Part shown: piece after piece, positions 40,700 through 54,010 of the stretch
Layout: each line of letters starts with the position of its first letter
Position numbering within the stretch: the first letter of the stretch is position 1
Assembly: GCF_018350175.1 (NCBI RefSeq)
Contig: NC_058368.1
Span: forward strand, 157,916,001 to 157,980,000
DNA from: Felis catus
Taxonomy: Eukaryota
Reading direction: 5' to 3'
Length of the DNA: 64,000 nucleotides
Made by a program: the position numbers and the translations under genes
The notes under the pieces: generated by a model
Databases searched by the model: none
Seen by the model: only the letters and a program-made list of their open reading frames with translations
Told to the model about the DNA's origin: nothing

Positions 40700-41983
40700 A
40701 AGTATAGTCTATAGACACCTTATAGTCCCCAAACTCTTGACACCCTTTAGGGGGTTTCTGCAAAGCCGAAACTATTTCATTGTAATCATAACACTAGTTG
40801 CTTTTTTCACTTTGTTTTCATTTGCATTGATGGTCAGCAGGATAGCAAGAATCAAGGCAGTGGAACCAAACTGTACTAGTAGTCATTGCCTGCCTCACTA
40901 TCACACACTCATAGATTAAAAACAAAACAAAAAACAAAACAACAACAACAAAAAAAAACAATGGCACTCAAGAATACCCTGGTGAAGCACTAAAACACTG
41001 ACCCTTGAATATGTACCTTTTTAATAATTTAGTTGACAAAATGGGAAATCTATATAAAGTACTTTGCTGTATACCAAATTTTCATGGTTGTCTTGAAGAA
41101 AAGCAATTGTTTCAATTGCAGTTTGAACTAATTGGGTTTTTGTTTTAATTTTTTTTCATGGCATACTATTTTTACTTGAAAAACATGACTGACAGACAAA
41201 CTATGGTTACTCTGGCCTGGATATTTGACAGAAGTTTTCAGGCAAATGAATAAAGCAAGCTTGACTGCTCCTTAATACTTAAAGACTTGTATGAGATTGT
41301 TGATGATATTAACTAATGTGTTTTTTAAAAAATATCATAGTGTGAGGAAATGTGTCAACACATGGAATATCTGGATTACTCATGGAATCAATGTTTTCCA
41401 AATAACAATGAACAGTGTTATAAAATTATGCGTGGGCAAAACTTCTATTCAAAGTTCAGGATAGACCATCAGATTTCAGTTTAAGAGAGTGCAAAAAGCT
41501 TGATAGGATTTTAGAGTCTTTATTATATCTACATTTTAAGAAGCTACTTGTTGAGTCTTGGTGTAATATCAAACAAGAATATCTACAACTATACTCCTTC
41601 CTTTTCCAGTTATGTCTATGTGAGGTTACATTTTCTTAATAAACTTCAACGAAAACATAATTTTGTAGTAGATTGAATGCTGAAGTAGATAACACAATCA
41701 AACTTTCTTTTATGAAGCCAGACATTAGATTTGCAAAAATATAAAACAATGCCATTGTTGTAACTTTTTGTTTTGAAAATATTTATTTTCATAAAAATAT
41801 GTTATGTAAATGTTATTTACATTAATATTCAATGGGCTTGTTATAATTTTGGAATTAATAAATAGATTTTTTCCATTTTAATTTTTTCAATAGGTATAAC
41901 CCACATCAACAAAAATTTTGTGGGATCCTTAATAATATTGAATGTAAAGGGGACTTGATTTCAAAAATCCTTAAAAACTGCTA
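40700..41983 (+). mobile_element. Charlie1-like hAT DNA transposon fossil
   Basis: cagacaaactatggtta, gatagacca...gattt and ttgaatgctgaagtagata...aagccagacatt match recalled Charlie1 sequence; ends aaaaactgct. Confidence 0.65.
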
Positions 41984-42799
41984 CCCTAATAAATTATTGC
42001 TGGGGAATTTTGCATGTGAATACCATGAGGCTATACCAAGCAAGAAATAAATTCAGCAATAGATTAGGATGACCTTCTGATTTGAATGTAAAATTGGGCA
42101 TAATGACCAATGACAGTCAAATAAATAATTAAGAGAAGTCGAAAAGAAAACCAAAACTTTAAAAGCCTGTTTAATACTTGGTTCATGTGCACAGATGACT
42201 GCTGGATTTGGCTGCTGACATGTGACATTGACTGCAGCCCTTGGTCTCCTAGGGAGGCTGTTTGCTTTGCCATGTTACATGCTTGCTTTTCAAATCTCAG
42301 ATACTCATCATCTGTCTGGCTCCCTTGTATTTAATACATCTGACATATGACTGGTTTCTTTGTCTACCTTATAGTATGTTTTTTCATCAGGGTACTTTGA
42401 AATCAGTTTGGGAAATGATCAGCTGACTATAATTTGGTTTTAATTGCATTTCCTTATTAAAATACTTAGAATTGCAGCATTCTTATGTTATCAGTTGAAG
42501 CACTGAATCCTATTATGTAAAGTTGGTTAAAACAATATAGTCTAACATAGTTAAGTCTATTCTTACTTAATGTAAAACTTAAAAACAGAAGAGGGAAAAG
42601 GTTATACAAGATCTTGATAACTAAGCAGCTGGATGAAAATAGCCAGAGAAAGAAAAGAAAGATATTTTCCTGCTGCTTTTCTGATGTCAGTGTTTCCCTT
42701 TGTGAGCTTTAAATTTCTATTCCCATTTCTTCTCTCCCTGGGACTTTGGATTCTCACCTAGAGTTTCATATAACTTAAGGATGCAATCAATATAGTGAA

Positions 42800-43000
42800 G
42801 TTACCTGTATGTACTTGGATGCATCTTCACTATTTACTTGACCTTGATCAAGTGACTTCAGCTGTTTGTACTCCACTTCCCTCTCTGTAAAATGAGGATA
42901 AGTGGATCTACATCACTGAATGAAGATTAAGTGAAACAACACATGAGCCGTGCTTGGCATTCTGCCTGCCACCCATTGAGTCCTCCATGAATATCAGCTT
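42800..43000 (+). mobile_element. MIR
   Basis: tgaccttgatcaagtgactt...ctctgtaaaatgaggata...tgaagattaagtga. Confidence 0.65.
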
Positions 43001-46000
43001 GACTGTTCTCTACTTTTACTCCTTGGCAATTTCATTTCAAATATACATTAAATGGATGGGAAAATAAACTCAATTAGAGAATTCAACAAACTCATATTAA
43101 ACTATTATATACCAGGCATTGTGCTAGGTCTTTGGATACAGAGATGGATAAAAACAATGTCCATGAGGGGGGAGGCTATGTCCATGTAGCAGATTATTCT
43201 ATTTCTGGTCTCTGTCAGAGCACTTGACATACAGTAGATGTTTAATAAATATGTGCCAATGAGCAAAAAACTAACCTTATGAAGTAAGTGTAATTGCTCT
43301 CACCATTTTATAGATGAATAAACTGAGACTTGGAAAGGAAGAGTCATTCAGTATTACCCAGGTAGTAAGTCACAGAATCAGAATTGAAATCACCTCGGCT
43401 TAGCTCACCTTGGAGCCAGTACCTATGCTGCATCTCTAGGAAGGGAACGCTAACGCTAGCTATCCATGCTGCTTGGGAAGCGTGAATCTGGCTCCCGAGT
43501 TTCTCATTTTCAAAGCATAACATTGCCCTGTAGATACACCAAATGCTCAATATAACATTGCCTAAGTATTGACTGAGTATCCACCTCTTCTTTAAGACAT
43601 TATTTTAATATTGTCTTCTTTAAGACAAATATTTTAATATTTGAGGATATAACAGTTAACATGAGAGATGTCAGTGGAAATCATATTCCATCCACAGGGA
43701 CAGACCCTAAACAATTAGATATGTGATCACCCTTGTGATGAATGCTATATGGGAGCATTTGGCAGAGGTTCTGACTTAATCTGGCACACTGGTCAGGAAG
43801 GCTTCCCCAGTAAAGGGATTTGTAAATTGAGCTCTGAATGGGGAATAGAAAAGAATTAACTAGAAAAGGTATGGAGAAAGAGCATTTCTTGCAGAATAGT
43901 TTGTCCCCAAGACTCATTTGGGACATTGCAGTAAAAGAAAAAAAGCCAAAGAGTGAATTAGGCAGCAAAATGGCATGAAGCTACAGAGGCAGGTTAGAGC
44001 TAAAACTTCTAGGGCTTTCAAGCCAGGCTAATTTTGGTCTTTTCCTGAGTACAGTGGTTTTTAAAGAAGAGAGTGATGTGATAGGACACAGTTTAGAAAC
44101 ATCACAGTATGAAAGTGAGAACTTTGTTGAAAGAAGATGGTAGTGTGGACCAGGATAGTGACATTGGTGATAGAGACAAGTGGGTAGATTAAAACTAGAG
44201 TTTGTATACTTGGTGACTTAGATTAGGAAGATGAAGAGGAGGCAGATCCAGGTGTTATGAGACCTGAAGCTTATGGAACTAGGGAGCTCCTCCAGAAATC
44301 GATTTACTACATAAGGGAAGGTGTCTGGATATCTGGTTAGATCCAGGACAATGAGGTCTGGATGAAGAAGAGAGACTTCCTTCTTTGCATCTCTTTTTAA
44401 AAAGGAGCAATACTTCTTCTAGAATCTTCCCCAGCACTCACTTCCAAATGTAGGAAATTAGGTACAAAAATAGATAACTACTTTCTAATTCAGAGACTCT
44501 CTGTGGTAGCAAGAAAACAGTTTAGGTAAATTCATTATCATCTGCAAGTCAAGAAGGAAAGCCATATGTATGAACTACTAACATGTTGTAACTATTGTCC
44601 AAAAAGATATTTTGAAATACTAATTTATGCTCAGACACAGAGATAAACTGAGCTTAATTGGGACAGTGGCCACTCTATCTAGTATGGACACGAGTGACTG
44701 GTAGATTCCCTCTTTTTCCCCACATCTCAGTAGTCTTCCCTCAAAAAGATGGGTTCCAGCTATCCTCCTGTATTGGTTGATAGACTCTGACTCATTTCTT
44801 TGCCAACAGTTGGCACCTGTTTTCTGTCAGCTGACTGGCAATGCAGCACTTTGCACTGAGGGAGGAGAAGGCATGAGCTGTAAGCTTTCAGAAAAGATCA
44901 GGCACGAGGTGATCATAAGCCTAACTTCTGATAAAACCCAGAATCAAGTTGGGAAATGATTAACTGGAGAGAGCTGGAAAATAATGCCTCCCCAGAAAAA
45001 AAGATTCTGTTTGGAGAAATTCATCCACATCTTGAACAGTCACAATTCATACTAGTATACTAAAAGGACGTCTGGAAAATACAATGAAGAAATATGAAAA
45101 TATCAATTTTTAAGTCAGTGTTTTACAAATGTATGTGACTAGGGAATCCTTTTTCAATACACACACTCACACATACACACATGCATACCCCACTGATCAA
45201 TATGTTAAAGAACATACTTTGGGGGAAAAAAGGGCAAATTGGAATCAGCACAGAAAGACCAAGGAATGGGAAGAGAAATAAAATGGTTCAACATAGTAGA
45301 AACTCAGACTTTGTGCCCAGAATGTAATGTCCCAATTCTCAATATGGTTTGGCAGCTCTGGGTCTGTATAAATTCATATGAGGTTGATTTTTTATTCAAA
45401 GGATGTCAGCTGTCGAGCTGGCCTATTGCTCCCCTAAGAAGAGTTTTGGTTTATTTCAAGATGGGTCACAGAGTGATGACTGACAAGGACAACTCCTTCT
45501 ATCACTTTTAAATTTATTAGAGTTTCCAAAATTTGAAGGAAAGAAGCAATATAAAATCTATCTAGTTGTTTCTGGAAGCATGAGATTGCCTTTTAAGGCA
45601 TCAACTTAAAAAAATATTTTTTTAAACAATTTAGATTTAAAGTTAAAAAGTGAAACAGTTTGGCATAGTGAAAATACAGGGTCAGACCGATCAGTTTTAA
45701 AATCCTGGCCTAGTTGTGTGACTTTGGGCAGGTGACATAACCTCTCTGAATCTCAGTTTTAAGAGATTCAAGTAAAAATATTTCACTTGCAGAATAATGC
45801 AAACTTTAGAAATAATATATCCTATTCTCATGAATTAACTCATCCCTCTGAAAACATAGGATATATGTATTTAATATATTGTAGTAATGTAGTAATAATA
45901 AAAGCTATTTCTCATTTCAAATAGTAGAGAAAAGTCAGTAGTATAAGATACACAGTACTCATTTGATTTTCATACTATAAATATCTTTTAAAATGTTAAG

Positions 46001-46744
46001 TCAGCTTTTCATCTTGCTAATATTAGGTATGTAACCTGGATTCTGGAATAACTGCTAGATTAAAATTTCAACTCCACCCCTTAGTATCTGTGTGATCTTG
46101 AACAAACTACATCACCTCTCACTGCCTCAACTTTCTCTCTACAAAATAAGGACAATTATTTATCTTCTATTTGTTTTATAATTTTAAGAGAGTGCAGATA
46201 GAAAATGTACTCACTGTACTGTGAATATAGTTAAGGACTCATTGATTTTCATTTTTGTTAATATCAGTACTTCTCAATGATTTTTAAATTTTTATATTCG
46301 AAAACTAGTACTCCAACTGATACACAAAAGAAGATTGGGCATAAGACAAAATTAAACAAATGATTTCCTTTTCCTGATACCTCCTTTCTCTTGTCACTTC
46401 TGGCTTTCCGTGGCCCCTCATGACTACTCTTTTAGTCTCAACTGTCACTTTGAGAACTCCCTTGTCATTGCAGTCTGGTCTACATTGACTACAATTAAAT
46501 GGTTTTCATTGTGACCTTAGGAGCAGAAAGTTCACATTGGAATGGCAGTTCCCCAGGCAACACCATCTTGACCAGTGACAATTTATGGTATTCCTCTCTT
46601 TTTCATGGATTCTAATATTGTCTTCTTTATTGAATTTATAGATAAGAGCTACAAATTTGAATCTATTTGGCTCTAAAGTCCATTTTCTTTTCGTGACACC
46701 ACAATACTAATAAGAGCAGTAGTCTCACTAATAATAAAAATGAA

Positions 46745-46970
46745 CATTTATTGAACATTTACTAGTACAGCAACTGCACTAAATTATCTGCATTATTTTA
46801 CTTAATCCTAATACCAAGCCTGTATGTGGTAGACTTCATTGTTATAGATGAGGAAATAAGGCCTAAAGATGTGAAATAACCTGCTCAAAGGCACACACGT
46901 AGGAGATGGTAGAGCCAGGATTCAGCTTGACTTGTGGCTGACTGCAGAGCCCACACCCCTAGCCACTTTG
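46745..46970 (-). mobile_element. MIR
   Basis: catttattgaacatttacta...atagatgaggaaataaggc...ggtagagccaggattc. Confidence 0.7.
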
Positions 46971-48711
46971 TGTTGTTACATTGTCAGACTTTTTTTTTTT
47001 TTTTTTTTGCCCTTTAATGATTGGAACAACATCATTTACGGCAACTAATTGATAAGCTTAAGGCTTATGGCTTTTTGCTTTGTGTAAGTGCAAATCACAT
47101 CTTAACAAAGTGGCAGCATATTTGGGGCCATTCATGCATGTTTAGTAGATACAGAATGACTGGAGCCAGGGAGTGAATGTTCAGATAAACAAAATGAGCT
47201 TGACCCACCTATGAGAACTCTGTGGTAAAAGATAACGTCTTACACGTGGGTTTTCTTCATTCTGGTTCCCTCTGACATGAGAACTTGAAAAAGTTCATGA
47301 ATTTCTCTTTCACTGCAAGTCCCTCTTAAAAATTTCAACTCAAAAATTGTACTATCCAAGAAGCATTCCAAAATAAACTTCCAAACAAACTGGCACACTA
47401 CTGTGGAACATCCAAGTGACACTCATTGCTGTAAACTGAAAATTGTGCATGAAATAGGGAGAGCACTAGACCCTCTCTAAGTACAAGTTTTGGGCTGGGT
47501 CCTGGTGGTATCCGGACAAGGAGAAATGATACAAGAAGTAACTGTAAAGGATTTAAGGCAAAGTCTAGAGGTTATTTTGCTCACTTCTAAACATCATCTA
47601 GATGTTTAGAACTCTAGATGTTTAGTCACTGGGACTCCTAGGGACAGGGATAAAGGAACCAAAGGTGGAAGGGAACAATCACGACCATGCTGCAGGAACA
47701 AATCTGGGAATGTTTCCCCTGCCTTCTTCCATGAATAAGAACTCCTTCTGAACTTATGTCCCCCTCCCCAGGTAAATATGCACGAAGATACTTACAATAC
47801 GGGCTTAGGTGGAAGTGGTGGGTATGTGGGTATAGAGGAGAGTAAAAGTGCTTTGTGGAGTTCCAGAAATAACACACATTGTGGAAATAATGTGTGGAAA
47901 TAACACACATTGTAGAAGTTGGGCATAGAAACCAGGAAAGTGATTTCTGCTTTTCTCTACATGCCTTAAGAATGGTAGACACAAAAATTATAGTCACTTC
48001 CTTGTCCTACATTGAGGATAGAATAATGCTTTCATAATATCTATGTGTAGCAATGGACAGGCAATATAAACTGTTTGTATAAATACAGATTGCAAGCCAA
48101 AACTCAGGTGAGCAAAAATTACTTCTTTTTTTTTTTTTTGTAACAGAACTGTGTTCTATTAAGAGTTCCCTTTCTAATAAATAGTGTGAACTTGATGTAA
48201 GCCAATCAAGTTTTCTTCTCTTGTCCTAGGGTTGCATCTAACTTTGGAGAGAAGATAATATTAAGTATTGAGGCACTGGATTGGGTAGGGATGAGGGAGT
48301 AAGGGGAGCCTACGTGTCTGTTCTGAATTATCTTCTGCCAATGCCATTATCAGCTGAAACATCAGTTCTAGTCTCTGGGAAGCCCTGAGCTGATCAGTAT
48401 TATTCCATGCTACTCTCAAGTATGTGTGAGTCACTTCTGCTCTCCACTATTACCTGCAAAATAAATTACCTGTACAAAAGTCATTCATGATCTCAGCTCT
48501 GATTTCAGGAGGAACTAAGCTGAGACTTACCTTTAAAAATGAAACTTTCAAAGCTTGGGCAAGGCCTTTTTCAGCTATGGAATCAGCATTAAGAGGTGTA
48601 TGATTTAATACTGCCTCTTTTTGTGTGTGTGTGTGTGTGTGCTCTAGGCTCAAGAAGGCACAATTTGAAAGGGATGGTACTGATAGCGGAATGAATAAAT
48701 GGAATTTTTAT

Positions 48712-49110
48712 TGTATTAGTTTTGTTGCACGTAAGGCTGCATAACAAACTATCTCAGGACTCAGTTGCTTGCAAGTATTTATTCTCATTCTCCTAACTGC
48801 CATGGTAACAGTTCAGCTTCTTTAGGTAGTCCTCATCTGGTCAGCTCTGTTTCATGCTGTGAGTTGGCTCGATTTGGATCCAGAATGTAGATCTGCTCCA
48901 TATATATTTGTTCTGGAAACAGGTTGAAGAGGCAGTAGTTCCCTGGGGCACACTCTTCTCATTTCACTAGATGACCGAAAAGCAAAAGCCAGGCCAAATT
49001 GTATAAGCACGCTGAAGGTCTTTGCTTGTATCATGTCCACTGGCCAAAACAAATCACAGGGTCAAGCTTAACATAGATGGCCCAGGAAACTACCCTTGGC
49101 CCACAGGGGC
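48712..49110 (-). mobile_element. MLT1 (ERVL-MaLR) LTR remnant
   Basis: tgtattagtt...gctgcataacaaact...atttattctca...cactggccaaaacaaatcaca. Confidence 0.65.
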
Positions 49111-49900
49111 AAGAGGATGGAGCAACACACATGGCAGAAGTTTGGCATAGAAACCAGGAAAGTGATTTCTGCTTCCCTCCACATGCCTTGAGAATGCTGG
49201 ACCAAAAACTGTCGTCATCATCATCATCATGTGTATTAGTACTGTAGCCTTACAAAATTATGAGGCAGTTAGGAAAACATTACTCTTCTTTCTTAGGGAT
49301 TGAAATTGTATTTAAGAATTAATGTTTATCTCAGTGTGTATTTGGATTTGGATTTGGATTTGTAGCCTATACATGGCTAATCTAATACTTACCAAATGAG
49401 CATTCAAAAGTAACCAGAGAGCTATCTTCAGCCCTCCTGGTGGGTAGACTTTAAAGATTGCTGCACTTTGAGGACAAAAGCCAGTTAGAACAGTTCTTCT
49501 GGAATTCTGGAAAAATTATTTTATTTTGAATTAATATTTGTAACTCAGAAGAAAGGAATGGAGTCTGGGGGAAAACCACCTCCTGGAAAGAAGACAGATT
49601 CTGAAGTGTCTGGGTGGCCATTCCAGGGATGGAGGTTTGAAGCAAGAGAGGAATGTGGGCCTGAAGATGGGAGATTAAACTTGGAAGTTGGGAACTTCTG
49701 ATACGTGGCCTCTGGCGGACAGGGGGTGGTTAATGTGGAGCTACTGTATCTGGCCTATAAAAAAGTCATTTTTGATGAAGTGTTGAAGTCCTTTCTCTCA
49801 CACATAGTATGTCCCTTTGGTTTGTGCTTTGCTTTTTTTTCCTCAACACTTCAGTGAAGACTCAGTCAAATAACTTGGGATGTTGTCAAAACAAGTAAGA

Positions 49901-50066
49901 GAGGGACCTGGGTGGCTCAGTCGGTTGGGTGTCCCACTTCGGCTCAGGTCATGATCTCACTGCTCGTGGGTTTGAGCCTGCGACGGGCTCTGTGCTGACA
50001 GCTCAGAGACTGGAGCCTGCTTCAGATTCTGTGACCCTCTCTGCCCCTCCCATGCTCATGCTCTGT
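49901..50066 (+). mobile_element. CanSINE lacking its 3' tail
   Basis: Head gggacctgggtggctcagtcgg; the body stops at ctcatgctctgt with no AATAAA or poly(A). Confidence 0.85.
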
Positions 50067-50466
50067 AAGAAACTGAGCTATGAAGGAAAATAAAACATAC
50101 CTGTTGAAGTAAATTCTTAAATTGACTTTGAGAAAGTCCATTTGTCTCAAAAGGAATTAGCTTTTTTTTTCTAAAAGGAATTATCTTCTTAATGTACATC
50201 TTCAATTTTTCTTTTTTATAGTTCATTTTAGAAACATAGAGAAGGAGATTTTGTTTTTGTTGGAAACATGAGCTTTTTTTCCTTTTTAACTTAGTGAGAA
50301 ACCATTTATTCTTCAGATATATAAGCATATTTTACATATTCTGGTTAATACAAGTGTAGAATTTGGGAGTTCCCTTAAAAATGCTAAGACCACACATGTT
50401 AAACACATTGTATTAGGCTATTAGACAAATGTCTCTTTTAATATCATAACACATACATATTATACG

Positions 50467-50472
50467 TTTATT
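50467..50472 (-). terminator. Candidate distal polyadenylation signal AATAAA
   Basis: tttatt on the + strand, followed on the minus strand by GU-rich tatgtatgtgttatg. Further hexamers at 50507, 50560, 50764 and 51158. Confidence 0.55.
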
Positions 50473-52217
50473 TTCACTGACAGAGGAACATGCCTTTCAA
50501 AAATATTTTATTGGATGAAACTTTCTTATTCTCAGGAAAGTTTTGGTTCTTTAATATAATTTATTATGCTTTTTAAAATTCTGATAAAAGCATTGGTACA
50601 TTATAAATACCTGTAAAGAAAATATAGTTTAAAATTCTGAGGGAAATATTATATAAGTTTCCTCTTTTACGTTTTCACAAAAATCCACAGGCACTAAGAA
50701 AGACTGACAAAAATATTCTATGTCTGAACAATATATTCCAGGTTGGAAACATTCAAACATGACTTTATTTAAATATTAAAGCTTCTCTAGAGTGAACCTT
50801 TGGCTACAATCCAATGAGTGGGTTGGGGGTTTCAACCAGGAAAAGATATTATTAGAAGGATTAAAAAAAAAAAAAGCTTAATACAATTAACATGAGAGTA
50901 GGAAAGGGGAAAGGATGAGGTTTTGTTTATGACTATGTATTGGCCTCTCTGGGCCTTAGCTTTGTTTTTTAGTTGAAAACTTATCTAATAACTCGTTGGT
51001 CCTTTTTGGCTTTAATACTTTTTGATCTACTTCAATTTTCAAAGTCTGTCCAATACTCTATATTGAACAACATGTGAAACTTCCAAGGATAGTGTGATAC
51101 TGGAGTTCTTTTAGGAGAACATCCTTGAAGCATCATGGTGATTGCTCTGCGCATACTTTTATTCTGCACAAATGCAAACTGTAGACGAGGAGGTGAAACA
51201 TCGTCTTATTCACTACACTTCAAACCATAGCAAGTGACAGACTCTAGTGTTCTCTTCCCAGTCTAGTTCAATGTAGTTAACCTCCTGGTCCAGTTCATGT
51301 GTGACATTGTGAAGTTCAAACTTTAAGAAAGAATTACAAACAGCAGACTCAGTGGGAGAATGCCTGCATCGTAGGTGACTGGAGCTTTTGTGAGCACATA
51401 GAGAATGGGAATCCAGAGGTTGTCCATTAATGAGTTAGTGTAAATGAGAATCCAGGGAAGGTGAGATTAAATGAATATGTCAAACTGGATTTCAGAGGTA
51501 CTTTCAGGGGTCTAAAATATCATTTCCCCTCACCTATAAATTAACTAGATCATGGCAAGTTCTCATTATGATTGATTATCACACAGATCCTACCTGGAAG
51601 AAGTAGAGGACTTTTTTTTTTCTTCTTAATGCATTTATACTTTTTGTAAGTTTGTTTAGTGCAGCAGTGGGAAAAATCAAATGCTTTTTGGGTGTTGACC
51701 AGTAAGGTAGCCACTTTAAGCAACATGGAGCAGGGCACCTCAGGGACCTGGTACTCAAATCTATCTGGGCAGCTGCTGTTCAGCTCTAGCCAACTGTTGC
51801 CAGGAAGGGAAATGCGTCTGAGAATCAAGCTTTATGTGAAATTTCATATTTTTAATAACCACTCATGTTTAAATCATTTGATGTACCAAAGGAAATCTAC
51901 CTGAGGGACAAATGTGGCCCATGGACTGCCAGCTTGTGGCCCCTTGAGCTGAATATTGGAAGCAATTTGGTAAGATTTTGGATACTATCAGCTGTAAGAC
52001 TGGGGAAGAGCCTTTAGTGGCAAGGAATGAACACTCAGTTTTAAGGATCCAGAAAAACCTGTTGTAATGAATACAATTTAAAAACAAACAAAACCTACCT
52101 TTGGCTCTCCCCATTATAAATATTTTCCTATTTACATTGGTTCCTGGTGTTATGAGTGGTTTCCTGTGATTATTGTGAAAAAATATGACAAGGGATTTGC
52201 CAAATCCCTAGTGTAAG

Positions 52218-52223
52218 TTTATT
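52218..52223 (-). terminator. Candidate proximal polyadenylation signal AATAAA
   Basis: tttatt on the + strand, ~810 nt after the stop. A U-rich stretch (ttgtcatattttttc) lies downstream on the minus strand. Confidence 0.55.
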
Positions 52224-53030
52224 CTAAGTAGTATAATTACTTCTCTCAGTATTCAGATTGTGGCCGAGGAAGGAGATAGGTAATGAAAATATAAGGGGAA
52301 ATAGGGAAAGGCCAGAGCACACACCTTAAGTCCTAGTCACCTTTAGGTCCACAGAGGCCTCTGTGTAGCACACCAAACAAAGAAAAATGTTCTAAAACTG
52401 CTCAAACCAGATAACACAAATTTTGAGAATTGTTTCTGGATCTAAATTACTCAGTTTCTCTCCCAAATGACGAAATAGCCATTTCCCGAATGAGTCGTAC
52501 TTTGGGGTAGAAAAGCCAAGGGTATGGGTCTAATCGGGAACTCTTTAATTAGAAACTTTCCAAACCTATCTATGGCATCACAGTTCAAAGAACCGTGTGG
52601 CAAAGACAAGGGACAAGTTGTAGGAACAGTTTTCTTCCCTCTCATTCTTTGCAGATTTACTTCTTCAAATTAATATGTTACCCAGGCGATGGCATTTCTT
52701 TTGAGAAATGAAATCGTGGCTCAAGGAGGCATTCTAATGTGGTATGAGGACCACAAATGAAATGAACTGTGGCTCCAGAAAGAACAAAGCATCTCACTTG
52801 TGCAAGCAGGGAATATGTGTTTTGAAAGAGTCATTATCAATTCAGAAAGTTGGATTTTCTACTTGAGCTCATCCCTTTCAAACGCCCAGTCGGGCGAGCA
52901 AAAGCAAAAGTACCACAAAGGATATCATAAGCATAAGAATCAATGGCAAAAACAACCACTTCAGACACAGGCAAAATCTAAGGGGAAGGAAGAAGCATGA
53001 ATATTTCCAACTCAGGACTCCACACTTATT

Positions 53031-53408
53031 TTAATTTTCTTCCCTCAGAATGTCCACCAGAGCTTGCAACAGCCGGTCATCTCTGTGCTTATAAGGTTTC
53101 GTGTTATAGAAAACATCAACATAGTCGTTATATAGACTGTCCTCGGACTCTTTAAGCTGGGAAGGCTTGTTCAACTTTTCCAGGGCTTCATAGAAAGTTT
53201 CATAAGGGATGTTGAGCTTTGCACTTGGAGGCTTCTTTGGTGATTGCTTTGGGGGTGAGTTTTTGTTGAAAGCACTTTGAAGGAGTCTCAGCATCGCCTC
53301 GGATGGGGCTGCCTCTGCCAGCTCATTCCTCCTGTCCCCTGTACTGTCGCCACTAGGGCTTTTTGACATGAGGGGGTTCTTTTTCGGGTTCTCTTGTGTG
53401 GGCTGCTC
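53031..53408 (-). CDS. PCSK1: PCSK1 last coding exon (human exon 14): C-terminal domain through the TAA stop
   Basis: Acceptor atgttttag, then [47 protein letters not shown]...[18 protein letters not shown]. 378 bp including the stop codon. Confidence 0.97.
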   Translation of the reverse strand, partial: EQPTQENPKKNPLMSKSPSGDSTGDRRNELAEAAPSEAMLRLLQSAFNKNSPPKQSPKKPPSAKLNIPYETFYEALEKLNKPSQLKESEDSLYNDYVDVFYNTKPYKHRDDRLLQALVDILREEN

Positions 53409-54010
53409 CTAAAACATAGAACGCCACCGACAAAAGGAAGAAGATTCATTATTTAGAACCTGGCAAGCCAGCTGCAACACATGTCCACTGCACACTTTTT
53501 AAGAAACCCTTTGAGAAGCAGAGACAGCATGAGGCTTAGAGACATACTAACTTGGGCTTCAGTCCTCATTTTTGCGTTTACTCATGTTCTCCTGGCACCT
53601 GTTTAATTTCCCTGAACTTCACTTGTAAAATGGGAACAAGGGTCTTTCATTTCTGGTGGTTCTGAAGACTGAATGGGATCATGTGTATGTATTCATACCT
53701 TATTGGCCTGCTGTACTTGTCAGCCTTCTATAGTAGAATTCATTTTAGGGAATTTAATAATTTTAGATTCCTTAATTTTAATGTTAATTCTAATGAAAGA
53801 AAATATTTTTTTAAATAATACAGTTTCATCCTATGGAAAGTAAACAGTTTACCATTCCCACTGCCTTTCCTCCCTGCCCATGTTTTGGGAAGAAACTGAT
53901 ATTAAAATATTTAATAATTCATACAGAAGACACCAGCAATGCTTCGTGTGAATGAAGTTTCCTGGAGGCCCCTTGTTCTGTCATCAGCTACCCTTTTAGC
54001 CACTGAGTTT

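Larger units (their letters stand above)
50445..53030 (-). other. PCSK1: PCSK1 3' UTR (long form; distal end approximate)
   Basis: Runs ~2.6 kb past the stop codon with no obvious interspersed repeats and ends in a cluster of AATAAA hexamers. The 3' end is inferred, not observed. Confidence 0.65.

Noticed and set aside
1..50000. Many 60-170 aa ORFs in the ORF track, e.g. 9912-10418 (168 aa)
   Set aside because: No recognisable domains or exon structure. Many overlap SINEs or simple repeats, and the lengths fit chance ORFs.
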